32,000 nucleotides of DNA from Candidatus Borrarchaeum yapensis (GCA_016840515.1 JAEOSF010000036.1:3959-35958), one strand, 5' to 3'. Shown: positions 19,856-28,064, counted from the stretch's first letter. The notes: generated from the letters alone by a model not told the origin. Made by a program: numbers and translations.

Positions 19856-20025
19856 GGGCGGGTGGTCTAGCATGGTATGATTCCGGATTTGGGTGTCCTC
19901 CTCTTAATGGGGAAGCAAAAACATCCGGAGTTCTGCTTGGGTAACCCCAGCACGATACGGAATGACTCTACACACACGCTGTGGGGTTCCAGAAGCCGGG
20001 AGTTCGAATCTCCCCTCGCCCACCA
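19856..20025 (+). tRNA. tRNA-Pro(UGG) with two putative introns; CCA encoded
   Basis: Acceptor GGGCGGG/CUCGCCC and A73. Anticodon arm CCGGA-UUUGGG[29 nt, 19894-19922]A-UCCGG. Variable loop AG[64 nt, 19931-19994]GCC. T arm GGGAG-UUCGAAU-CUCCC. 170 nt minus 93 nt gives 77 nt. Confidence 0.75.
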
Positions 20026-20121
20026 CTCTTTACTCTTTTTAAGAAATAATTAATGAAAGATAATATAATCCTTGAAATCATACTCCCTGTATTATTTGAA
20101 ATGCTCAAATTAGGTGTTTAG

Positions 20122-21579
20122 ATGAATCATGTAGAAATAATGATGCTAGATGAACAGACTCGAATCGTACTTTGGCAGCGTCTTGTTGAAGTTATTGAAG
20201 AATATACTGCAAATGTTAATCACGCACGCGTTGCACCCTATTTAGATGCAGATAAGATACGATCTCTTCTAAATTCTATTACATTTACACAGTCCATAGA
20301 TCCTTTACAGGCATTGAATTTTGTAGTACAAGGTTTGTGGGACTATCAGATGCATGTTTCTCATCCACAATATTTTGGTTTATTTAATCCTGCGCCAACC
20401 ACAATGGGAATCGTAGCAGATGCTTTGGTTGCTGCTTTTAATCCTCAACTCGCAACATGGAGCCACAGTCCCTTTGCCATAGAAATTGAACAATACTTGA
20501 TTCGACTTTTTGCATCTCAATTTGGTTATAATTCGGAAAAGGCAGATGGTACTTTTACAACGGGTGGTACTGAAGCTAATCATACGGCGATATTGACTGC
20601 TCTCACACACAAATTTCCAGAATTCGCACAAAGAGGGCTAAGAGGACTTGATAAGCAACCTAAACTGTATGTTTCTACAGAAAGTCATCACTCCCTTATA
20701 AGGACAGCTCGTTCCTGTGGTCTTGGCGCAGAAGCAGTACAACAAATACCTGTAGACGATTCACTGCAAATGAAAGTAGATGCCCTCACTGAGCAAATTG
20801 CAAAAGATAGAGCAGCTGGGTTCGCGCCATTTCTAGTGGCGGCGACCGCAGGAACGACTAACGCTGGAGTGGTAGATCCGATTATTCGAATTGCTGATGT
20901 AGCAGCCGAAGAAGAACTTTGGTTTCACGTTGATGCGGCATGGGGCGGCGCAATTGTACTTGTAACTGAGTTTCGTAATATTCTTGAGGGCGTTGAACGA
21001 TCAGATTCGATCACATTCGACACACACAAGTGGCTAAATGTTCCTATGGGTGCTGGCCTCTTCTTAACTCGCCATCCAGAAATTCTCCTTAATACCTTTT
21101 CTATAGACGCCGATTACATGCCCAAGGATGCGCTTGGACTAAATGTAGTTGATCCATATGTTCGTTCCCTACAATGTTCGCGCAGATTTATTGGTCTAAA
21201 AGTCTTTTTATCACTGCTTGTAGCAGGATGGGATGGATATAGCACCCTAATTAAACATCAAGTAAAAATGGGCGACTTATTACGACAAGAACTTAAAAAA
21301 TCAGGTTGGGGCATCGTTAATCAGACAAAGTTACCAGTTGTGTGTTTTGTTGATCAACAAAGACCAGAAGGGAGATCTGTCGAGTTCATTGAAAGCATCG
21401 CTCAAGGTGTTGTTTCTTCTGGAAAGGCTTGGATTTCTACTACAAGACTAAAACAAAATATACCTGTACTAAGAGCATGTATTACAAACTACCGAACAGA
21501 ATCAGAGGACATCTATGCTTTAGTTCGTGTGCTCAACGAAAAAAGGCAGGATTTTTACAGTAAAAATAGTCAAACATAG
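20122..21579 (+). CDS. PLP-dependent group II amino-acid decarboxylase
   Basis: TGGTEANHTA, HVDAAWGG and the PLP-lysine motif SITFDTHKW are typical of the DDC/GAD/MfnA superfamily. Confidence 0.88.
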   Translation: MNHVEIMMLDEQTRIVLWQRLVEVIEEYTANVNHARVAPYLDADKIRSLLNSITFTQSIDPLQALNFVVQGLWDYQMHVSHPQYFGLFNPAPTTMGIVADALVAAFNPQLATWSHSPFAIEIEQYLIRLFASQFGYNSEKADGTFTTGGTEANHTAILTALTHKFPEFAQRGLRGLDKQPKLYVSTESHHSLIRTARSCGLGAEAVQQIPVDDSLQMKVDALTEQIAKDRAAGFAPFLVAATAGTTNAGVVDPIIRIADVAAEEELWFHVDAAWGGAIVLVTEFRNILEGVERSDSITFDTHKWLNVPMGAGLFLTRHPEILLNTFSIDADYMPKDALGLNVVDPYVRSLQCSRRFIGLKVFLSLLVAGWDGYSTLIKHQVKMGDLLRQELKKSGWGIVNQTKLPVVCFVDQQRPEGRSVEFIESIAQGVVSSGKAWISTTRLKQNIPVLRACITNYRTESEDIYALVRVLNEKRQDFYSKNSQT

Positions 21580-21596
21580 ACCTTAGAGTTATCAGG

Positions 21597-22097
21597 TTAA
21601 CAACAGGCAAGTGAAGTATCTTCTTTCTCGGTTGAAAGTACAATAATAGTACGCGTTCGGCCTACTCCACGAAGACGATTAATCTTTATTATTAATTCTT
21701 CAAGAGTTGAAATATTTTCGGTCTTCACCTTAATCAAGAGGTCTTCATCCCCCGCCAAGTGAAATACTTCCATGACATCCTTCATATTAGCAACTTCGGA
21801 GGAAACATTAACATCCGGGTCATACTCTTTATAATCTAAAGTAATCAAAATAAATGTAGTTATATCTTTACCCAACTTCTTATCATCTAAGACAACGGTG
21901 TATTTCTTGATTACTCCGTTTTCCTCTAGTTTTTTAATTCGTTCATGGATGCTAGGGACTGATAATATCACACCCTTTGCTTTTAACCCTTCTTTGATAT
22001 CTTCAAGTTTCTGTTTAGAATCCTCTTGTAATAATTCAAGAATTCCTCTATCTTTTTCATCAATAACCAGTTCTTTTATCGTTGCCAAAATCCTCAC
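21597..22097 (-). CDS. Lrp/AsnC family transcriptional regulator
   Basis: N-terminal HTH (DEKDRGILELLQEDSKQKLEDI) plus a C-terminal RAM/ACT-like domain. 166 aa. Confidence 0.88.
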   Translation of the reverse strand: MRILATIKELVIDEKDRGILELLQEDSKQKLEDIKEGLKAKGVILSVPSIHERIKKLEENGVIKKYTVVLDDKKLGKDITTFILITLDYKEYDPDVNVSSEVANMKDVMEVFHLAGDEDLLIKVKTENISTLEELIIKINRLRGVGRTRTIIVLSTEKEDTSLACC

Positions 22098-22293
22098 CGC
22101 TTTGTTTTATTGCGGAAAAGTGTTAACTTATTAAAATCTATTTATTCAAAACTGAATTCTATTAGTTATGTATATAAATGTTACCATAAGCCATTAATGA
22201 TAACATATAAAACACCGAAATATGTAGTACGTATATGGCGAAAAAGCCGAAATAAATAAATTAATTGGATGGAAATGATGGAGGCATATCATC

Positions 22294-22590
22294 ATGTCCT
22301 TTGAAGTGAATTATGATAGAGTAACTCAAAATTTGAACTCGATTATATTAAGTGAGGAAGGGAAAATGTTGCAGGAAATAGCAAAACCTGAAACCTTAAA
22401 GAGTGTTAGCATATCTGAAAACAAATCCTTACGTCTATTTCTAAAAGACCAAAAACACTTTGTAGAGTTAATCGCGTGTGGATATAATGTTACATATTTA
22501 GCAGGAAAAACTCTGCATGAGGCAGAAAAGCGCTATATGGAACTCCTCCATAAGATAAAAAGTGGAGGAAGCATGCTAGAGCCATATTGA
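22294..22590 (+). CDS. small hypothetical protein
   Basis: 98-aa ORF with a GGAGG-like Shine-Dalgarno 8-12 nt upstream. Preceded by a 6-codon mini-ORF/hairpin at 22235-22255. Confidence 0.45.
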   Translation: MSFEVNYDRVTQNLNSIILSEEGKMLQEIAKPETLKSVSISENKSLRLFLKDQKHFVELIACGYNVTYLAGKTLHEAEKRYMELLHKIKSGGSMLEPY

Positions 22591-22834
22591 TTCGAAACAT
22601 TTGCTAGAGACCTTTTATATGATTAGGAGAACGGTTCTTGGCTATTGGATACGCGTATGGTTATGAACTAGGTCTAACTAATACGAACACAAGGCTTGCA
22701 AAAAACTGAGTATATATGTTTTTGAATTTCTTATAATCAAAAAGTTCATAAACTACAAACAGCATTAATTATGTGGCGAAAAGACGCCTAAGAATGTTCA
22801 TTATAGATTATTATAATTAAAGAGGTGAGGGGAA

Positions 22835-23107
22835 ATGAAGGTAACAATAAAGGGTTTTATACTTCAACTCCTCGACGAATCGTTCTACGAAGTCCCTGTG
22901 GCTGTTCCTAACGTCATAAAATTTACAAAAGAATTTTTCCCTGAGGAAACAGAACATAAGATCGAGGCAGTTATAAATGAATTAATTAAAGACGGTTCTT
23001 TAATCCTTGGAATCGCTTATGGCTATGTACGTGGCATAATGAGTGCGAAAAAAGTTTTTGCGAAACAGCCGTTAGCATATGTAAAGCCACTTCTCGCGAA
23101 AACATAA
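22835..23107 (+). CDS. small hypothetical protein
   Basis: 90-aa ORF with a GAGGTGAGG Shine-Dalgarno. Preceded by a similar 6-codon mini-ORF/hairpin at 22771-22791. Confidence 0.45.
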   Translation: MKVTIKGFILQLLDESFYEVPVAVPNVIKFTKEFFPEETEHKIEAVINELIKDGSLILGIAYGYVRGIMSAKKVFAKQPLAYVKPLLAKT

Positions 23108-23299
23108 CATTATCTCCTTTTTTTCGGTTTTCAGATATTTTTCAGATCTGATTTTTCAAGTTCAAAAAACGGATATATTGCCTAAATTCCCTTACTGACG
23201 TTTTTTTGAAGAAATAAAATAAGAAACCGCTTTAACGTCAATAATACTATTAATCGTTAATATTTAAAAAGCGTAGCATGAATTTAGGAAAGATCAACA

Positions 23300-23668
23300 A
23301 TGACAACTTTAAATTTTAACTTGGAAAAACTCTTAGATGAAATCCCGGTTGGACTGACTTATGTAGATAAGAACGGCATTATTCTCTATCGAAACAAGAC
23401 CGCTGCACAACGGCCTTTGCCAAAAGGAACTAGAGAATTTGGAGCACGTATAAAAGACTGCCATGCATTATCAAAGAGTTTAGAACAGATAGCCAAAATA
23501 TTTAATGATTTCAAAAGCGGTCGTAAAACGCCACACCACTATATTTCTCAAAGGACGGATATCAAAGAATTGGTAACTTTAACTCCAATATTCGAAAATG
23601 ATCAGTTTGTTGGATGTTTCTCAACTATCCATCCGCTAGAAATAAAGGGTGTCAGTAGAACTTTTTAG
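23300..23668 (+). CDS. stand-alone PAS-like sensor domain protein
   Basis: LDEIPVGLTYVDKNGIILYRNK..R..G.....CH..SKS resembles PAS modules of the DUF438-associated type (family recalled from memory). Confidence 0.6.
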   Translation: MTTLNFNLEKLLDEIPVGLTYVDKNGIILYRNKTAAQRPLPKGTREFGARIKDCHALSKSLEQIAKIFNDFKSGRKTPHHYISQRTDIKELVTLTPIFENDQFVGCFSTIHPLEIKGVSRTF

Positions 23669-23673
23669 AAGAG

Positions 23674-25191
23674 TTAGTTCCCGATCAAATCACGAATGAA
23701 CTGAACTATCAGGCGTACTCCTACTCCTGTAGCCCCTTTTGGGATGTATGCTTTATTTTTATCTGAGCGAGCAGTTCCTGCTATATCTAAATGAATCCAT
23801 GGTGTTCCTTTTTCTACAAATTTTGATAAAAATGCACCAGCTATAATTGCAGCGCCATCACGCCCTCCTACATTTTTTAAATCGGCAAAATCACTCCTTA
23901 AATGAGTAGAATACTCTTTCCATAGGGGTAATTCCCAGACTCGTTCCCCAGTTTTTTCACCTGCTGATGTAATTAGTTTCTTGAAGTTTTCTGCTTCTTT
24001 ATTTGCCATCAAAGCACTAGCATATATACCAAGAGCTATTCTACAAGCCCCAGTAAGTGTTGCTAAATCGATAATTAGTTGAGGAGTATATTTTTTGGCA
24101 TAAGTCAACGCATCTGCTATTACTAGTCTTCCTTCAGCGTCTGTATTAACAATTTCTATAGTTGTACCAGAAAGAGACTTGATTACATCACCTGGTTTTA
24201 TTGCCTTTCCTCCAGGCAAGTTCTCTGTTGCGGGAATGAGGCCGAATAAATGAATTGGCAACTGCAACTGGCTTACTGCACGCATGAGCCCAATGACTGT
24301 GCATCCGCCGGACTTATCGTATTTCATGTTCTCCATGCCTAGTTTCTGTTTTAACGAAAGCCCTCCAGAATCAAAGGTAATAGCTTTACCGACAACGACT
24401 ATAGTATCTAACTTCTCGTTATCTGATGGTTTGTATTCAAGAATGATGAGCTTCGCGGGCTGATCACTTCCTAGCGCTACACTAAGGAAAGCATTCATCC
24501 CTATTTCCCTTGCAGTGGATTCATCTAAAACCTCGCATTTGAGACTAAAAGTTGCTGCAAGTTCTTCAGCTTTTGCAGACAAGTAGGACGGGGTAGCTAT
24601 ATTGGCAGGCATATTAGCTATGTCTCGTGCAAAATTCGTTGACTCTGCGATAATATTGCCTATATTTGCTCCTTCTTGTAGTTCATCAAGAAGTCCCATA
24701 TCACGTTCCAAAAGCAGAATACTTTTTATAGAAGATGAATCACTTTGAGATTCCGTTTTGAGTTCTTTAAACTGGTACAGGCCTAATATACTTCCTTCAA
24801 TCACTGCCTGCGCCGTAGCTTTCGTGGAATTTAGACGAAATTCTTGAAGGGTGGTTACAATTTCTTGGATGTTCAATTCTCGAGTACGAACTGCAGTTTT
24901 TCCACTTACTTGTCTAAGTCTTTCAAGGCTAAGCGAGTCTTTTTTGCCTAAACCCACGAGAAGAATTCGTTTTGTAGGTAGTACATCTTTTGTTCGAAGC
25001 ATATCGATAGTATTCAATTTCCCTGAAAACTCTTTGCTCTCAAGTAAGTCTCTGATAGCGCCATTGAGGGAGGAATCTACTACCTGCAATGATCTACTCG
25101 TAAAATCACTTGTTTCATTCTCAAAAACGCCTAACACAACGATTTCATATTCTTTTTCTTCGATTTTCCCATGTTCGACAAGAATGTCCAT
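23674..25191 (-). CDS. pepA: leucyl aminopeptidase (M17 family)
   Basis: VGKAITFDSGG, the NTDAEGRL signature, DLATLTGA, and the expected length. Confidence 0.95.
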   Translation of the reverse strand: MDILVEHGKIEEKEYEIVVLGVFENETSDFTSRSLQVVDSSLNGAIRDLLESKEFSGKLNTIDMLRTKDVLPTKRILLVGLGKKDSLSLERLRQVSGKTAVRTRELNIQEIVTTLQEFRLNSTKATAQAVIEGSILGLYQFKELKTESQSDSSSIKSILLLERDMGLLDELQEGANIGNIIAESTNFARDIANMPANIATPSYLSAKAEELAATFSLKCEVLDESTAREIGMNAFLSVALGSDQPAKLIILEYKPSDNEKLDTIVVVGKAITFDSGGLSLKQKLGMENMKYDKSGGCTVIGLMRAVSQLQLPIHLFGLIPATENLPGGKAIKPGDVIKSLSGTTIEIVNTDAEGRLVIADALTYAKKYTPQLIIDLATLTGACRIALGIYASALMANKEAENFKKLITSAGEKTGERVWELPLWKEYSTHLRSDFADLKNVGGRDGAAIIAGAFLSKFVEKGTPWIHLDIAGTARSDKNKAYIPKGATGVGVRLIVQFIRDLIGN

Positions 25192-25485
25192 GACATATAC
25201 AACTCCATCTACAATTAAAGTATGTAGCGCTTTACTCTAAAAAATGGTGGAGTTTATTAAAAAAAAGCGAACACAAATACTGGATTTCAAGAGCATATTC
25301 GATGAAGATCTCGTATGTGAACTCAGTATTTCCATTTATAGGTGAAACTTGCCTGCGAATGGGAAGTGCCGAAATAAAGGTGAAGAGTTTTACGAGAAAA
25401 CTTATCTACTATTGTTACATAAATAGTATTAAAGTCTAGGAGTTTGCTTTTTAACGCCTTTAGGTGAAGCTCCTTTAAAGACGAG

Positions 25486-26016
25486 GTGATTTCTCTGAAA
25501 AAAAGTCTAATAGCCTCAATTCTAAGCTTCGTACTTCTGCTTACATTGATGCCAATTGCAACCACCAATGCAACATATACGCATGAAGATCTAACGCTTA
25601 CAGTGCTAGTAAACGGTCAAGACGTGAGTCTTAATTATGTTGAATCCGATCCATTAGTAATGGATCTGTCACAAGCTATTGAAGTAGATCTTTCGATGAG
25701 CAATGACGGCGCTACGGTTCATCTTACTGATGCTACTGTGTCTTTCTACACTCTCCAGACAATACTTTTCTGGGAGTTGGAATCGAAGGTATACGATCAT
25801 CTGGTGGATCTTGACAACGACGATGACGATGGTGATGGAAAGGAAGGTTACGATATTCCCGCTGGTACAAGCGAGTCTGAAAGCTTTGAAATAACTACCG
25901 AAGATATTGCAGAGTACCGAGACGCACTTTCTGGACAAAGTGTACGGATTGACTTCCTCTTTAACTTTGAAACCATTTCAGACTATACCGTAACAGTCTA
26001 CATAACTTTTGTTTAG
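25486..26016 (+). CDS. hypothetical secreted protein with acidic (DNDDDDGDG) loop
   Basis: Signal-peptide-like N-terminus (LIASILSFVLLLTLMPIATTNA). A T-rich terminator follows the stop. Confidence 0.55.
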   Translation: MISLKKSLIASILSFVLLLTLMPIATTNATYTHEDLTLTVLVNGQDVSLNYVESDPLVMDLSQAIEVDLSMSNDGATVHLTDATVSFYTLQTILFWELESKVYDHLVDLDNDDDDGDGKEGYDIPAGTSESESFEITTEDIAEYRDALSGQSVRIDFLFNFETISDYTVTVYITFV

Positions 26017-26210
26017 CCCCTCTCTTTTTTTCTTTTTTTATTTTGCCTCTAACTTAATTCTAGGTGTTGATTTTCCAAAGTATATTGAGAAAGAGCTGTT
26101 TTCTCCTTATGCAATAAAGAAACATTAGAAAGTTAACTATTGAGAGGGATATTCTTTTATATTGTAGTTACTTATGACGTAATCTAGCTATAATAACTTA
26201 ACATCACCAA

Positions 26211-26435
26211 GCCGGGGTGGCTAAGAGTCGATGCATGAGGAAATTGCCCTCACTACATCGATGAGAAGCCTGGTTATAGCGCCGGACACTCTCCGAGCCG
26301 GTTTCATAGAGATTATCCCAAGAAAGCCCTTTCTTGAGACATCCGGAGAGACGTTACACGTTGAGGTAATGTTCTGAAGGTCGCGGGTTCGAATGGATGA
26401 GCGTAACGCTCTTTCCGAAAAGCCCGCCCCCGGCA
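26211..26435 (+). tRNA. tRNA-Met(CAU), elongator-like (Ile2-CAU not excluded), with five putative introns; no encoded CCA
   Basis: Acceptor GCCGGGG/CCCCGGC and A73. D arm GCUA-[53 nt = 10-nt loop + 43-nt insert]-UAGC. Anticodon arm CCGGA-C[16 nt]UCAUA[32 nt]A-UCCGG gives the loop CUCAUAA. Variable loop AG[31 nt]GUC. T arm GCGGG-UUCGAA[28 nt]G-CCCGC. 225 nt minus 150 nt gives 75 nt, with exact bookkeeping. Confidence 0.75.
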
Positions 26436-26486
26436 CTATCCTTAAAGGCTTGAGACACACCCTACGAAATTGATACATCATAATAA

Positions 26487-26657
26487 GCGGGGGTGGCCGA
26501 GCCAGGTCAATTTGCCTATAAGGGTCAGATCATAGGCGCTGGTGTGTGAGGCAACTGCTGCCTTATACTACGAGACTTAAGATCCAGTGACGTAGGTCTA
26601 CGTGGGTTCGAAAAGTTTTGGCGAAAGCCTTTTTCGGAAATCCCATCCCCCGCACCA
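26487..26657 (+). tRNA. tRNA-Leu(UAA), class II, with three putative introns; CCA encoded
   Basis: Acceptor GCGGGGG/CCCCCGC and A73. The D region GGCCGAGCCAGGUCAA[23 nt]AGGCG restores the usual archaeal Leu D arm. Anticodon arm CUGG[32 nt]A-CUUAAGA-UCCAG. Long variable arm UGACGUAGGUCUAC. T arm GUGGG-UUCGAA[28 nt]U-CCCAU. 171 nt minus 83 nt gives 88 nt. Confidence 0.8.
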
Positions 26658-26696
26658 ATCATCTTCTAAAAAAACCCCTAATTTGAATAAAAAAAT

Positions 26697-26830
26697 GCCC
26701 CGATAGCTCAGCTGGTAGAGCGCGACCTTGGTAAGGTCGAGTTATCTTCGGAACTCCCGAAGATAAGATAAGTCGCGGGTTCGAAGGTTTTAAGAGAAAT
26801 CTCTTTCCGAAACACCCGCTCGGGGCTCCA
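26697..26830 (+). tRNA. tRNA-Thr(GGU) with two putative introns; CCA encoded
   Basis: GCCCCGA UA GCUC AGCUGGUA GAGC G CGACC UUGGUAA GGUCG AG[30 nt]GUC GCGGG UUCGAA[28 nt]A CCCGC UCGGGGC U CCA. 134 nt minus 58 nt gives 76 nt. Confidence 0.87.
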
Positions 26831-26939
26831 TTTCCATAATTTTTCACAATCTGTTGATAGAATATTGCGTACTCAACTCTACAGATTCACTAGTATCTGC
26901 ATTTAAAGTAATTAGAATTCAAAAAAGTAAATTAAGGGA

Positions 26940-28064
26940 TTACACAGCAAGATGAAATTCTTCTCTCAACCGCTTTGCTATTGTTTCCACTCTATTCAGT
27001 TTACTTAATCCCCATTGAGTTACTCTGTAGTATTTCTTACGTCCTCTTCGGTAGCGAACGCATTCTGCTAAACCCATTTTGACTAGTCTTCGAAGTGTAC
27101 AAACGATGCAATATTCTTTTAGTTGTGAGAGTCGTCCAAGTTCTTTAATATAGTTTTCTCCTTCTGCTAACGCCTCTAATATCTTTTTCTCGGTTATCCT
27201 GTTATTGTTCACTCGCATCATATCTACTGGATACATTGCTGATAACTCGATTTCTCCTCGGATTAACTTTACCCTCTCTACTAAATTCGTCTTGCGAGGC
27301 ATCAATCCAAATTTTTCATACAGCACTACTTTCGTCAAGTGCTTCGGATTATTGAATCCTATGCTGTTCATCCATCTCTCATAATTCTTGTCTCCATTTA
27401 TCGCCAGAATTAACGTCCCATCGTCACTTTCCCACAACCTCTTAGGAATGACAAACCCTAATCGCCTCAACTGCTCCTGCAACTGTCTCATTAAAGGCTC
27501 ACTAATTGAACTATAGCTCAGAACTGGGTAGGTATGCGCTAATCCGTCTTTACTCTTAAAACTTAGACTTCCATCTCCATCGAATAGTCCTCGCATTAAT
27601 ATACGGAGAATTCTCAGATTTTGTAAAAAATATCTCGGGATTGTAATTGTCTTTTTTTTTCCATAGGGCAGCCCTAGTACTTTATTTTTGAATAATACCA
27701 GCTGTTTAGACTTTTTTTCTACGATAATTGTCCGCTCGCCTCTTACTCCTCTGAAGTAGATTCGTGAAGTGCCTCATAATTGTTTCAATAACGGCGCAAA
27801 GTGAAATATGTAATAGGGAAAATCATCTATGGCATGACCGTGATATTGTACCTTCTTGCTATTGCCTTCATAATTACCCATATGTCCATCACTAATATGT
27901 ATCCCAACATTTTCAGCGAGCTGCTCTGTCACCTCTTCAGGTAACTTCACTGGATGGTAAATTCTGCTTCCTCCAAAGTCTAACTCCCGAGTTGGCAGCG
28001 GAATTCTGCACCTCTGTTCAACTTCTTCTAACTTCTGAGCTCGATTTACCATATTATTCCTCAC
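26940..28064 (-). pseudogene. free-standing double-motif LAGLIDADG homing-endonuclease-like gene with C-terminal winged-helix domain, interrupted by one in-frame TGA (27774-27776)
   Basis: ORFs 27774..28064 and 26940..27596 are in the same frame (27776-27596=180). I translated the 59 intervening codons by hand and found no other stop. Joined length is 374 codons. The motifs VGIHISDGHMG and LFDGDGSLSF lie about 100 aa apart, as in monomeric LAGLIDADG enzymes. The C-terminal LRRLVKMGL..YYRVT looks like a wHTH. Confidence 0.72.

Noticed and set aside
19856-20025. Alternative reading as tRNA-Gln(UUG), using stem UCCGG/CCGGA
   Set aside because: That register leaves no position 26 and mispairs G10-A25 in the D stem. 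G1-C72 and the UUUGGGA loop fit Pro better. The alternative is not fully excluded.
26211-26435. Reading this long tRNA as a class II tRNA-Ser(UGA) or tRNA-Leu(GAG) because of CUUGAGAC and the long region before the T arm
   Set aside because: No single-intron solution gives a 7-nt loop with U33 between CCGGA and UCCGG. The discriminator is A73, which argues against Ser. The two-intron solution gives a perfect CUCAUAA loop, and a 45/46 intron explains the long variable region.
26221-26847. ORFs 26221..26481 and 26659..26847 on the minus strand
   Set aside because: Both are antisense to the tRNA-Met, Leu and Thr genes, so they are artefacts.
27774-27776. In-frame TGA as selenocysteine or genome-wide stop-codon reassignment
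   Set aside because: There is nothing to suggest a redox-active Sec site in a homing endonuclease, and I saw no SECIS-like element. A nonsense mutation is the default. Codon reassignment cannot be assessed from this window alone.
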